Shown: positions 34,301 to 43,789, counted from the stretch's first letter. The stretch: DNA of 64,000 nucleotides from Candidatus Micrarchaeia archaeon (GCA_041663565.1 JBAYMJ010000003.1:4188-68187); one strand, 5' to 3'. Numbers and translations: made by a program. The notes: a model not told the origin generated them from the sequence alone.

Positions 34301-35401
34301 ATGGCAAGGAAGGGAACGCCAAAAAAGCAGGCTAGCGCAGTCTCGAAGGCGCACGCAAAGCTGAGGGCTGCCACCGCAACTGCGAAAGAGGCTGCGCAAG
34401 CAAAGGCGGCTGCCAAGCCCCACACAATCGCAGTAAGCGGCGCCGCAGGCAGGCTTGGAAAGCTCCTGGTGACCGCGCTTTTGCAGAAGGGCTACCACGT
34501 GATTGCCATCGTCCGCGACGACCTGGCCGAGTGGGAGCTGCGCAAGCACGCGTGCAACAGGGTAAGCGAAAGCTTCTGCAAGGCCCACCCCGCGCTGTTC
34601 ATAGTCAAGGACCAGCTTGACAACTCCGATGCGCTTGCGCAGAAGATTGCCGGGGCGACCGACTTCGTCCATCTTGCGGCAAAAATAGACTATTCGGCAA
34701 CGCTTGACGAGATGATAAGGGCAAACGTCGCGCCCACCAAGGTCGCGGCCGAGGCGTGCAGGAAAGCGGATGCAAGGCTGATTTTCATATCTTCGACCAG
34801 CGTTACGCGCAAGGACTCGGCAACGCCCATAAACGAGGAGGCTGCCGCAAACCCCATCAACAACTACGGGAAGAGCAAGTCGCTTGCCGAGGACGCGGTC
34901 CGGCAGTCGACCGCGGCGTACGTAATCTGCCGCTTTCCGATAATCTACGGCGAGGGCTTCACCGAAGGGTTTTCGAAGGTGCTTTCGATGGCAAAGTCAG
35001 GCAAGCTGCAAATCATCGGCACCGGAAACAACAAGATTTCGTTCATCAACGCCTCCGACGCAATCTCGGCAATAGAGGCGGTGATTGCAAACCCGCTGGT
35101 GCGGAGCGGGACGTTCTACTTCTCGGGCAAGGCGCACACCCAAAAGGAAACTTACGAAATCGTGGCGCACGCGCTCGGAGTAGTGGCGCCCGCAAGGCAC
35201 GTCTCCAAGGAATTCGCAATACGCGCATTGCAGCTGCGCAACGCCGCGCTAACGCTGCTTGGCAAAAAGCCGCCGATGACAGTTGAGAACATACTCACGC
35301 TTGCGGACAGCCGCGAGTACGACTGCAGGAAGGCTCGGGAAACGTTCGGGTGGGAGCCGAAGGTGAGGCTTTCAAAGGAAAGCCTCGGGCCGTATCTTTG
35401 A
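34301..35401 (+). CDS. NAD-dependent epimerase/dehydratase family protein with a Lys/Ala-rich N-terminal extension
   Basis: Rossmann motif IAVSGAAGRLGKLLV. SDR-extended-type length. The first ~40 aa (MARKGTPKKQASAVSKAHAKLRAATATAKEAAQAKAAAKP) are low-complexity and basic. Confidence 0.65.
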   Translation: MARKGTPKKQASAVSKAHAKLRAATATAKEAAQAKAAAKPHTIAVSGAAGRLGKLLVTALLQKGYHVIAIVRDDLAEWELRKHACNRVSESFCKAHPALFIVKDQLDNSDALAQKIAGATDFVHLAAKIDYSATLDEMIRANVAPTKVAAEACRKADARLIFISSTSVTRKDSATPINEEAAANPINNYGKSKSLAEDAVRQSTAAYVICRFPIIYGEGFTEGFSKVLSMAKSGKLQIIGTGNNKISFINASDAISAIEAVIANPLVRSGTFYFSGKAHTQKETYEIVAHALGVVAPARHVSKEFAIRALQLRNAALTLLGKKPPMTVENILTLADSREYDCRKARETFGWEPKVRLSKESLGPYL

Positions 35402-35418
35402 GGCCTGTGGGCTTGCGC

Positions 35419-37401
35419 TTATTTTGCACCAGCAGTCATGTTCAGCGTCTTGTAGAACGCATCCATATTCGCAGGCCTGCCAAGGAACCCTTCAAGCAGG
35501 ACGTCGCCGTCAGCCAGGTCGCCCTTCTCAAGGATCCACTTGCGGTAGCGGCCGCCCGTTTCCGGGCTGAAGAGGCCTTCCTTCTCAAACTGCGCAAAGC
35601 AGTCGATTGCATAGACGCGCGACCACGCGTAGCAGTAGTATCCCGCGTCGTAGCCGCCCATCAGGTGGCCGAAAGTCGCCGGGAAGTGCGTCCCCTCCTG
35701 CGGGTTGAGGCCGATATACTCTTTCATCACAAGGCCGGATAATCGCGTCGAGTCAACTGGGCCCGTCGCCTCATGCATCTTTACGTCAAACTCGGAGTAG
35801 CCAAGAAGGGTAGCATACGAGTATCCTTGGTTCAGGTCTCTTAGCGCAATCAGCGTATCCCGCATCTTCGCAGGCATCTTCTGCGAGCGGTCCGCATAGT
35901 GGCCGGAAAGCATGCCGATTACCTGCGCGTCCCACGGCCAGCGCTCCAAAGTCTGCGAGGGAGTCTCCACGAAGTCCCAGGCGACGTTGCTGCCTGAGAG
36001 GCTTGCATACGGCACCCGGGTGAGCGTCGAGTGCAGGGCGTGGCCGAACTCGTGGAACATGCTTTCCACTTCGTGGTGCGTAAGAAGCGAAGGCTTGCCG
36101 TTCGAAGCGGGGTTCTTGTTTGCCATTATCACCGCAACCGGCTTGTTGTATTTCCCGTTGACTTGCCTGCCTGAAATGGTGGGGTTCATAGCCTCGTGGC
36201 CGAACTTTCCGTCGCGCGGGAACAGGTCAAAATAGACGTAGCCCAGAACTTCCTTCGACTGCTTGTCCGAGACGCCGTAAAGGAGCACGTCTTGGTGCCA
36301 GACTTTCGCGTTTTCGACTTTCTCAAAGCTGATTCCAAAGACTGTTGAGAACAGGGAGAACATCCCGGCCATTACCGAGTCTAGCGGGAAGTACTCGCGC
36401 ACCTTGTCCTCGTCAAGGGCGTATTTCGTCTTCTTCATCTGGTTTTCCAAATAGGCAACGTCCCACCACTCCACGGCAGTGGCGCCGGGCTCAATGGTGC
36501 GCTTGAACTCAAGGAGCGCCGCAAGGTCGGACTTTGCCCTGCTGATTATTGCAGGCTTGAGGTTTGCGATGAACGCCTTGACGTTGGCCGCGTTCTTTGC
36601 CATGCGCATTGCCGTTCGGTAGTCTACCCACGAGGCATAACCGCTGATGTTGGCGATTTGCTGCCGCAAAAGAACCGCCTCTTCCAACAGCTTGGTGTTC
36701 TCTTCGGGCGCGCCGCGGTTGTTGAACGCAAAGCGCATCCGCTTCCGGGTCTCGCCGCTTTTTACGTTGAGCATAACTGCCTCCAAATCCGGGTACTTCA
36801 TCGTGACTATGAATTTCCCGTCTGCTGTCTTTTCAAGCCGGTTCAGGAAACCTGCTGGCGCGCCATCAAGCTCCTCTTTTGTAAACGCAATAGTTGACTT
36901 GTCCAGGTTGAGGTTGGTGCCGAACTTCACCTCAAAGCCGGACAACTTTTGCTTGAGTGCGCGCACCTGCGCAAGCTTGTCATCCGGAAGGTTCAGGCCG
37001 TTCAGCTCGAACCCCTTCACGGTCTCGTCGTAAAGCCTGCGCTCGACTTCACCGGATGGGGGGAACCTCTTGATTATCTCGTAGATGTCCTTTCGCGTGT
37101 GGACCTCGACTGCGAAATGGCCTACTTTCTCCTCGCACGCTGAGCCCTCCGCAGAGATTTTTGCATCCGGGTAGAGGCTGCCGGTAAGCATTAGCTGACC
37201 AACCGCGTCGCCAAAGTCGGACATAGCCGCCTCAAACTCAAAGAGCGCATTGGGCTGCTTGCTTTCAGGAAGTGCAACTATTGCATCAAGCCGCGCCTTG
37301 GTCTTTCCTATCCACTCGCCGCAAAGCTTGGTGACTTCGCCGGGCTCGTAGTGGCTGCGGATGGGTTCTATGAATGGTTGGGGTGAAGTTTCAAGTGACA
37401 T
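35419..37401 (-). CDS. M3-family metallopeptidase (thimet oligopeptidase / Dcp-like)
   Basis: 660 aa. Zinc motif HEFGHALH with a downstream E (FVETPSQ). M3A-like overall length. Confidence 0.8.
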   Translation of the reverse strand: MSLETSPQPFIEPIRSHYEPGEVTKLCGEWIGKTKARLDAIVALPESKQPNALFEFEAAMSDFGDAVGQLMLTGSLYPDAKISAEGSACEEKVGHFAVEVHTRKDIYEIIKRFPPSGEVERRLYDETVKGFELNGLNLPDDKLAQVRALKQKLSGFEVKFGTNLNLDKSTIAFTKEELDGAPAGFLNRLEKTADGKFIVTMKYPDLEAVMLNVKSGETRKRMRFAFNNRGAPEENTKLLEEAVLLRQQIANISGYASWVDYRTAMRMAKNAANVKAFIANLKPAIISRAKSDLAALLEFKRTIEPGATAVEWWDVAYLENQMKKTKYALDEDKVREYFPLDSVMAGMFSLFSTVFGISFEKVENAKVWHQDVLLYGVSDKQSKEVLGYVYFDLFPRDGKFGHEAMNPTISGRQVNGKYNKPVAVIMANKNPASNGKPSLLTHHEVESMFHEFGHALHSTLTRVPYASLSGSNVAWDFVETPSQTLERWPWDAQVIGMLSGHYADRSQKMPAKMRDTLIALRDLNQGYSYATLLGYSEFDVKMHEATGPVDSTRLSGLVMKEYIGLNPQEGTHFPATFGHLMGGYDAGYYCYAWSRVYAIDCFAQFEKEGLFSPETGGRYRKWILEKGDLADGDVLLEGFLGRPANMDAFYKTLNMTAGAK

Positions 37402-37499
37402 AAGAAGATTCCCTTTCCTAAATCTTTAAACGTTGGCAAATAATCCTGCCTCAACGGGCCGACCTACCTTTTTTTAACTCCCTTTTTTGTCTTACAATT

Positions 37500-38738
37500 A
37501 TGATTCACGATGAAGTAGTCCGGGAAATAAAGAAATTTGGAGCATACAAGCGGGCGGACTCGGAAATAAAGTACGACCCCAAGACAGGCAAAGCCACGCT
37601 CAGGCTTGACGTGAAAAACGACTATGGGACGGTAAAGGAACTGTTCCCTGACTTTTACAACGAGAAACTGAAACCCCTTGCCGAGGCGCCGATGGTAGGC
37701 AATGGGAAAATCGTGCAACAAAGCACCGCAAGCAACGTCAACGATGCCACAAAGCCGCTTGTGAACCTCGCAAACGCAATACGCGCCCAGTACCCGGACG
37801 TTCACGTCTCCCGCAGGGCTGCCGCCCACGTGCTCATACAAGACAACAAGGCAATTGCTGCGACGCCAACCGTAGTCAAGTGGTGCCCGCTTTCAAGCTG
37901 GCTCTTCGAGCGCGACTTCAAGGAAAACCTCCTAGCCGAGACCAACGACGTCGTAATCGGCAAGAACCGCTCATTTGACAAGACGCGGCCCCTTGAGACC
38001 GAAAACGACCCCGTGCCTTTCGGCGCGTCGGAATCGATGAGCGACGCGATGCGCGCAGGAAAGATTGACTGCATGGTGTCCGCCTGTGAAGGCATCGGGA
38101 CAATCATCACAACAGAGCCCAAGACCACCCTCGGAGTGGGCGCGGTGATGACCGGACTCGTACACACCGCACCGAACCCCACGTTGATAGAGCGCAGCAC
38201 CGCGCTCGGCAACATCATAGTGCACCCGGAGACTGCAAGGATTGACCAGGTGGCGGGAGTGAAGATGGCGCTTGAGCGGGGCTACAAAAAGATTGCAGTC
38301 ACCGTGGCAGGCACCAAGGCCGAGGACATCAGCAAGATTGTCGCCCTCAGGCGCAAGCACACTGACGCGGAGATAAACATCATAACGGTTTGCACGACCA
38401 ACGTGACCCAGAAACAGACCGACCTGATTAGGAAGCACTCCGACATCATCTATTCCTGCGCATCGGGAAACATCCGCAAGGCGTGCGCAAGAAAGGGCTC
38501 GCAACTGGGAACCAAGATACCCGTGTACCTTTCCAGAAAAGGCGTGCAGCTTGTTGCGCCGCGCCTAATCAAGATGGACCCCTCGGCGAGAAAGAAGGTC
38601 GAAAAGATGGTGGAAAGCGGCAAGCACTTTTTTGCATACCGCGGCACCAAGGGCGACAACCAGACGATAAGGCTGCGGACAATAGACGCGCTTGCAAAAG
38701 AGCCAAGGGGACAGCCAAGGCCGCTGACATACAGATAA
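37500..38738 (+). CDS. Conserved hypothetical protein (possibly DUF2099 family; uncertain)
   Basis: 412 aa. The central region VPFGASESMSDAMRAGKIDCMVSACEGIGTIITTEP...ERGYKKIAVTV resembles my memory of archaeal DUF2099 proteins. I cannot verify this without an HMM search. Confidence 0.35.
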   Translation: MIHDEVVREIKKFGAYKRADSEIKYDPKTGKATLRLDVKNDYGTVKELFPDFYNEKLKPLAEAPMVGNGKIVQQSTASNVNDATKPLVNLANAIRAQYPDVHVSRRAAAHVLIQDNKAIAATPTVVKWCPLSSWLFERDFKENLLAETNDVVIGKNRSFDKTRPLETENDPVPFGASESMSDAMRAGKIDCMVSACEGIGTIITTEPKTTLGVGAVMTGLVHTAPNPTLIERSTALGNIIVHPETARIDQVAGVKMALERGYKKIAVTVAGTKAEDISKIVALRRKHTDAEINIITVCTTNVTQKQTDLIRKHSDIIYSCASGNIRKACARKGSQLGTKIPVYLSRKGVQLVAPRLIKMDPSARKKVEKMVESGKHFFAYRGTKGDNQTIRLRTIDALAKEPRGQPRPLTYR

Positions 38739-38757
38739 ACAGGCAATACGAAGTGAA

Positions 38758-38782
38758 CCTCCGGAGATGCTGACTCCGGAGG
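38758..38782 (+). terminator. Perfect hairpin CCTCCGGAG-atgctga-CTCCGGAGG downstream of 37500..38738
   Basis: 9-bp stem and 7-nt loop, 20 nt past the stop codon. Read directly. Confidence 0.45.
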
Positions 38783-38791
38783 AGCCTAGAC

Positions 38792-38826
38792 CTACTAATA
38801 ACTACTAATGAATGTCAAATTAGTAG
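38792..38826. promoter_or_regulatory. Operator-like 35-bp repeat, copy 1 (contains the inverted repeat CTACTAAT-n9-ATTAGTAG)
   Basis: ctactaataactactaatgaatgtcaaattagtag. 34/35 identical to copy 2. An AT-rich TATA-like gattaatattcatt lies between the copies. Confidence 0.6.
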
Positions 38827-38848
38827 ATAGATTAATATTCATTCTCAA

Positions 38849-38883
38849 CTACTAACAACTACTAATGAATGTCAAATTAGTAG
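38849..38883. promoter_or_regulatory. Operator-like 35-bp repeat, copy 2, abutting the Fic start codon
   Basis: ctactaacaactactaatgaatgtcaaattagtag. It ends 1 nt before the TTG at 38884 (ATG at 38893). Confidence 0.6.
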
Positions 38884-40203
38884 TTGATTAGAATGAGACT
38901 CCCTGAAAAACCGCCAAAACACGAAAAGGCATTTCATACAATGTTGGCAGGAGCGGACTTGACGAAAATGGCGGCACTTGCAAGTACCGCAAACGCAGAA
39001 TATCTATACTGGGAAGAAATAAAACACGACAACCGTTTTGACGGAATAGACCGGACGGCAATATGGGAATACCTGCGAGCCCAAAGAAGGTTCAACGCCA
39101 GACTAATCCCATTTGGACCGCTGCTCCTGCTTTATTCGCAAACCCCCCAAATCGAAAAGCTGCTTCACGACTTGGACTTCCGAGCCGGAGGCAAAATTGG
39201 CTTGGAAGAGCAGGCCCAAGAACCAGCACTCCAAAAAAAATACCTGACGAACTCACTGATGGAGGAAGCAATAGCGTCGAGTCAATTGGAGGGCGCTGCA
39301 ACAAGCAGAGTAGTTGCTAAGCAGATGCTCAGAGAAAACAGAAAACCAAAGAATCCCTCTGAAAAAATGATAGTAAACAACTATCTGACTATGAAGCATA
39401 TCCGCGAAAGCACCAGCGCCAACGAAACGCTTACGCCGGAAATTATCAAACAAATACACAAAGACATAACAAAAGGCACTTTGGAAAAGCCAGAGTACGA
39501 AGGCGCGTTCAGAACGGATAATGAAGTGAAAGTCTATGCAATAGATGACCCGACCCTTCCGATATACGAACCGCCAGACTACCGAGAGATAGAGTCCTTG
39601 ATAAAACAAGTGTGCAATTTCGCCAACACCGAACCCACAGAATATTACCTGCACCCAATAATCAAGGCAATAATCCTCCACTATATGATTGGATACATAC
39701 ACCCATTCAATGACGGGAACGGAAGAACCGCACGCGCACTGTTCTATTGGTACCTGATTTCACGAGGCTACCAGTATTTTGAATACATCGCCGTCTCGAG
39801 AACGATAAAGGAGGCACCAGCACAATACGCGCGGGCATACCTATACACGGAATACGACAGCAACGACGTGACATACTTCGTAAGATTCAATCTACATTCC
39901 CTTGACAAGGCAGTAGGAATGTTTGAAAAATACCTAGAGAAGACGGCACAGGAAAACAAGAAAATGCTTGAAACGGTCAGGAAGAACCCGAAACTGAACA
40001 TGCGCCAGGCAGACATACTCATCATAACAAACAAGGGTGCAAAATCAATTACCATTCAGGAAATGCAGGAACGATACAGGACTACATACCAGACGGCAAG
40101 GACGGACCTGCTGAAACTGGCAAAGATGGGCTACCTGCACAAGCTACGCAGGGGAAAGGAATTCGTATTCATACCGGACAAGGAAAAGTGCCTGAAAGAA
40201 TAG
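38884..40203 (+). CDS. Fic-family protein (AMPylase type) with an N-terminal inhibitory helix and a C-terminal wHTH
   Basis: Active site HPFNDGNGRTARALFYW (HxFxDGNGRxxR). The inhibitory motif S-x-x-x-E-G is present as SSQLEG. The C-terminal ...TTYQTARTDLLKLAKMGYLHKLRRGKEFVF is wHTH-like. GC is clearly lower than in flanking genes. Confidence 0.85.
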   Translation: MIRMRLPEKPPKHEKAFHTMLAGADLTKMAALASTANAEYLYWEEIKHDNRFDGIDRTAIWEYLRAQRRFNARLIPFGPLLLLYSQTPQIEKLLHDLDFRAGGKIGLEEQAQEPALQKKYLTNSLMEEAIASSQLEGAATSRVVAKQMLRENRKPKNPSEKMIVNNYLTMKHIRESTSANETLTPEIIKQIHKDITKGTLEKPEYEGAFRTDNEVKVYAIDDPTLPIYEPPDYREIESLIKQVCNFANTEPTEYYLHPIIKAIILHYMIGYIHPFNDGNGRTARALFYWYLISRGYQYFEYIAVSRTIKEAPAQYARAYLYTEYDSNDVTYFVRFNLHSLDKAVGMFEKYLEKTAQENKKMLETVRKNPKLNMRQADILIITNKGAKSITIQEMQERYRTTYQTARTDLLKLAKMGYLHKLRRGKEFVFIPDKEKCLKE

Positions 40204-40276
40204 CTGTCGGTTGCTTTCCCGCAGTTTTATAAACAATTACCTTCACTACATTGTTCCGCAGAAATGCTAAACCCGT

Positions 40277-41053
40277 TTGGACTGCCCTAGGCAGGAGGGA
40301 ATCAAGGCTCTTAGAGCGTCTGGTTCTTTTCGTCCATTGGTTTCAAGCCGATGGCATCAAACTGGCTTTTGGTTTTTGCAGGCAATAATCATTTTCATCG
40401 GTGTAACACACTTGGTTTACGAAAACGAGAAGGTCGCAAAGGCAGTCACTGCAGTGCTTGCGGAGAACAAGGGCAAGCGCAAGTTCAAGCAGAGCGTCGA
40501 CATCGCAATCAACTTCCGCGACATCGACTTCAACAAGCCCGAAAACCGCATCACCCTCGAAGTCACGCTTCCCTACGCACCGCGCCCGGTAGAGGTCGCC
40601 GTGTTTGCGGACGGCCAGCTGGCAGTTGACATCAAGAAGCTCGTGCCGCTTGTAATCGGCAGCGACCAGATTCCATCCTATGCCTCCGACAAGAAGAAGC
40701 AGAAGGAGCTCCTGAAATATTCACTTTTGTCCCAGACGCAGCTTATGGCTGCTGTGGGTAAGTCACTTGGTCAGGTCCTTGGTTCCAAGGGTAAGCTGCC
40801 CAAGCCAATCATGCCCAACGCCAACCTCCCCGACGTGGTCGAGAAGGCCAAGCGCTCGGTCACGCTTCGCACCAAGGGAAAATACCTTCCGGTAGTCCAC
40901 TGCCTTGTCGGTAACGAGGGCATGACGGACGCCCAGGTTGCCGAGAACACGGTTGCGGTAATCGACGCAATCAAGCACAAGACAACCGAAGGCAAGATCA
41001 AGTCAATCTACATCAAGACGACCATGGGCAAGCCAGTCGCAGTAGCGGCATAA
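40277..41053 (+). CDS. rpl1: 50S ribosomal protein L1 (uL1); true start probably TTG at 40412
   Basis: From 40412: (M)VYENEKVAKAVTAVLAENKGKRKFKQSVDIAINFRDIDFNKPENRI is the canonical uL1 N-terminus. The residues encoded by 40277..40411 look non-homologous (WHQTGFWFLQAIIIFIG). Confidence 0.85.
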   Translation: MDCPRQEGIKALRASGSFRPLVSSRWHQTGFWFLQAIIIFIGVTHLVYENEKVAKAVTAVLAENKGKRKFKQSVDIAINFRDIDFNKPENRITLEVTLPYAPRPVEVAVFADGQLAVDIKKLVPLVIGSDQIPSYASDKKKQKELLKYSLLSQTQLMAAVGKSLGQVLGSKGKLPKPIMPNANLPDVVEKAKRSVTLRTKGKYLPVVHCLVGNEGMTDAQVAENTVAVIDAIKHKTTEGKIKSIYIKTTMGKPVAVAA

Positions 41054-41054
41054 G

Positions 41055-41885
41055 TTGATTTTTATGGTACTCAACCGGAAGCAGAAGGAACAGGCCGTTG
41101 CGGACATCACCAAGAAGATTGCCTCGTACAAGGTCGTGGCAATAGTCAGCACCCAGAACCTTCCGTCCAAGCACTACAATGCCATCAAGAAGAAGCTCCG
41201 CGGAAAGGCAGAACTCATACTCACACGCGCAACTCTTCTCAAGAAGGCCCTTGAGAAGGCGAACAAGCCCGCATTCGACGCACTCTTAAAGACAATTGAC
41301 GAGAGCGGCTCGGTTGCGTTCCTTCTTTCAAACGAGGACCCGTTCAAGCTTGCAAAGATGCTCCGCCAGAGCAAGGCGAAGGCACCGGCAAAGACGGGCA
41401 TGATAGCAAACGCAGACATTGTCGTCCCCGGCGGCGAGACTTCGCTCGCACCAGGCCCGGTGCTCACCGAGCTCAAGGCGGCAAAGATAAACGCCAAGAT
41501 ACAGGGAACCAAGATTGTAATCGCAAGCGACGCGACTGTTGCCAAGAAGGGCGAGCCCATCGCGGACGCTGTAGCGAAGATACTTACCAAGCTCGGAATC
41601 GAGCCGTTCGAAATAGGGATGACCATGAGGTCGGCATACACCGGCACCATGACGTACTCCGCGGACGTGCTTGACGTCGACGACTCGGTCTACATTGCAC
41701 AGCTCGCATCGGCCCACCAGGCGGCCATGAACCTGTGCGTGTTCGCGGAGATTTACAACAAGGATTCAACACCAGTCATACTCGCATCAGCACAGGCAAA
41801 GGCGCTTGCCATCAACAAGGTAGTTGAGGACAAGGCGCCGAAGGAGGCCGCTGCACCAGCAGCCCCCGCAACGCCGGCGCAATAA
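41055..41885 (+). CDS. rplP0: 50S ribosomal protein P0 (uL10); ATG at 41064
   Basis: MVLNRKQKEQAVADITKKIASYKVVAIVSTQNLPSKHYNAIKKKLRG... with an Ala/Pro-rich C-terminus. Confidence 0.85.
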   Translation: MIFMVLNRKQKEQAVADITKKIASYKVVAIVSTQNLPSKHYNAIKKKLRGKAELILTRATLLKKALEKANKPAFDALLKTIDESGSVAFLLSNEDPFKLAKMLRQSKAKAPAKTGMIANADIVVPGGETSLAPGPVLTELKAAKINAKIQGTKIVIASDATVAKKGEPIADAVAKILTKLGIEPFEIGMTMRSAYTGTMTYSADVLDVDDSVYIAQLASAHQAAMNLCVFAEIYNKDSTPVILASAQAKALAINKVVEDKAPKEAAAPAAPATPAQ

Positions 41886-41922
41886 GACGAGGAAATAGAG
41901 ATTTACGATACAAATTGAGGAG

Positions 41923-42222
41923 ATGCAAATGAAAGACGCATATGCCGCATTGCTCCTGCACGCCGCAGGCCAGCCCATAAGCGAGGACAACGTAAAGAAG
42001 GTCCTTGTTGCAGCTGGAGTCAACGAGGAGCCCGCAAAAATCAAGGCCCTTGTTGCAGCGCTCGAGGGCGTGAACATCGAGGACGCAATCAAGCAGGCAG
42101 CATTCGCAGCAGCACCAGCCGCACCCGCAGGAGAGGCCAAGAAGGAAGAGAAGAAGGCCGAAGTCTCCGAGGAGAAGAAGGAAGAAGAGGCTGCAGCTGG
42201 ACTCGCGAGCCTGTTCGGATAA
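41923..42222 (+). CDS. rpl12: 50S ribosomal stalk protein P1 (L12e)
   Basis: [25 protein letters not shown]...[17 protein letters not shown], with the canonical stalk C-terminus. Confidence 0.85.
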   Translation: MQMKDAYAALLLHAAGQPISEDNVKKVLVAAGVNEEPAKIKALVAALEGVNIEDAIKQAAFAAAPAAPAGEAKKEEKKAEVSEEKKEEEAAAGLASLFG

Positions 42223-42251
42223 ACACCACGCTTACCATTACGGCTTGAGGG

Positions 42252-42262
42252 TTGTTTTTTCC
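42252..42262 (+). terminator. Oligo-T tract after the stalk operon
   Basis: gttgttttttc, 30 nt after the rpl12 stop. Confidence 0.3.
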
Positions 42263-42381
42263 CCTCCAATCCTATTTCTACGCATATTTTACGTTAGCGC
42301 AAGCAGCCGGCCAGGCGGATTGTGGGGTTCTTTCGGGAAGCAAGGGCCTGCGCCGGTTAGTTGCCTGTCGGCGCGTGCGCC

Positions 42382-43728
42382 CTAGTCTTTGCGCGTCCGT
42401 TTGTTCGCAAGAAGGCGAGTCCACTCGTTCTGGCGTTCGGGGTTCTTGCTCGCATGCCTGACCATCAGCCCCACGAGTTCCGGTTCGTTCCTCGGGTTCG
42501 AAGCGTCCATCTTGGCGGATATGGCGACACCGCGAAGCAGGCCGTCCGCCTTGACGTGCGCGGGGTCGGTCTTTATCAGGTTGGATGCCCAGCCCATAGA
42601 GCCGGACGGGTGCGTGCGGTTGTGGTACCTAACCACGCGGGTGAACACGCGGGCCATCTTTTCCCTCAACAACCCTTCGGGGTCTGCCTGGCCGGACTCA
42701 ACGCCGCGAACACCAGCCTGCAACGCGGCGCCGTCAGCCTGGCGGCCTTTCTTTTCAGCACGCTGCGCGTTCCTGCCTGCGCCTTCCTTTAGCCCGACAG
42801 CCAACTCGCCCGGGCCTGCCGGCATCTCCGGCTTTTGCGACCTATCTACCGGCCATTCGGGGCCGAGCGCGCCGCGGCCGAACTCCGAAGAAATCGCCGC
42901 TTCAAGCTGCGCGATGTGCTCGGGCTTTGCGAGGTCAAGTCCGTGTTCGCGGACTAGCTGAACAGCGCGCAGGTGCACCCGGTCGCCGCGCACGAAATTC
43001 GAGATTGCCCGCACGTGGAAACCGCGCGGCCGCGTCACTCCCATGTAGAAGCGAAGGTTGTCAATCAACCTGTTGCGGTGGTACTGTCTCGTGAATCCCT
43101 CCGGCGCGGGAAGGAACTTGTGCTGGTGGCGGTTCGAAAACTGCACGTTCTTTTCGACTGTCACACCCTTGGATGGCTGCAAAAACCACGGCTTCTCCCC
43201 GGGTTTGGCGACTTGCTGGACGAGGATGCTGCCAGGTCTTGCGCGCGAGACTACCGGAAGGAACGTTTCGGGGTGCGAATAAAGTTTGAAAAGCCCGTCC
43301 ACGTCCTGCGAGTTCTGCGGCTCCGGCGGCTTTTGCGGTTCCTTTGGGGCCGAAGGCGCCTTGGCTTTCATTCCAAGCTGCTCGCGCGCCATATTGCACA
43401 CCTGCTCGTGGGCCTGCGGGTATTTCCCCGCCATGTACTCCATGAGCGATGCGCCGTAGTCGGCGCTTTGCGTGGAGCGCGAGAACTTGCTGATGAACGT
43501 GAACGCGTCAAGGGCATAGCGCGGAAAACCCCTAAGCAAGCCTGGGGCCTCGAACTGAAGCTCCGCCTGCTTTTTTTTCTTTGCCTTGGCAAAGGCGGAG
43601 TCCCAGGCTGTTGAGAGTTCGGACAGCACGTGCCGCTCCTCGCGGGTGAGGCGCGAAAGGTCGGAGAACCTCCGGAGGCTTTCCGGCGACTGGTATGATC
43701 TTGAAGGCGGCCTGGCTTTGGGCATCAT
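42382..43728 (-). CDS. Hypothetical basic protein (orphan); start trimmed to ATG 43728
   Basis: MMPKARPPSRSYQSPESLRRF... 448 aa, Arg/Lys/Pro-rich, no recognised motif. Confidence 0.4.
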   Translation of the reverse strand: MMPKARPPSRSYQSPESLRRFSDLSRLTREERHVLSELSTAWDSAFAKAKKKKQAELQFEAPGLLRGFPRYALDAFTFISKFSRSTQSADYGASLMEYMAGKYPQAHEQVCNMAREQLGMKAKAPSAPKEPQKPPEPQNSQDVDGLFKLYSHPETFLPVVSRARPGSILVQQVAKPGEKPWFLQPSKGVTVEKNVQFSNRHQHKFLPAPEGFTRQYHRNRLIDNLRFYMGVTRPRGFHVRAISNFVRGDRVHLRAVQLVREHGLDLAKPEHIAQLEAAISSEFGRGALGPEWPVDRSQKPEMPAGPGELAVGLKEGAGRNAQRAEKKGRQADGAALQAGVRGVESGQADPEGLLREKMARVFTRVVRYHNRTHPSGSMGWASNLIKTDPAHVKADGLLRGVAISAKMDASNPRNEPELVGLMVRHASKNPERQNEWTRLLANKRTRKD

Positions 43729-43789
43729 TGAAGAAGTAGCAAGAAAGAAAGAAAAAGGAATGTGAAAAAGGCTGCAGTGGCCCCGGCCA

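Noticed and set aside
38792-38883. Possible mini-CRISPR array (two 35-bp direct repeats separated by a 22-bp spacer)
   Set aside because: There are only two copies and the spacer is too short. The repeats are internally palindromic with half-site structure and sit exactly on a promoter/start codon. No cas genes are present. An operator interpretation fits better.
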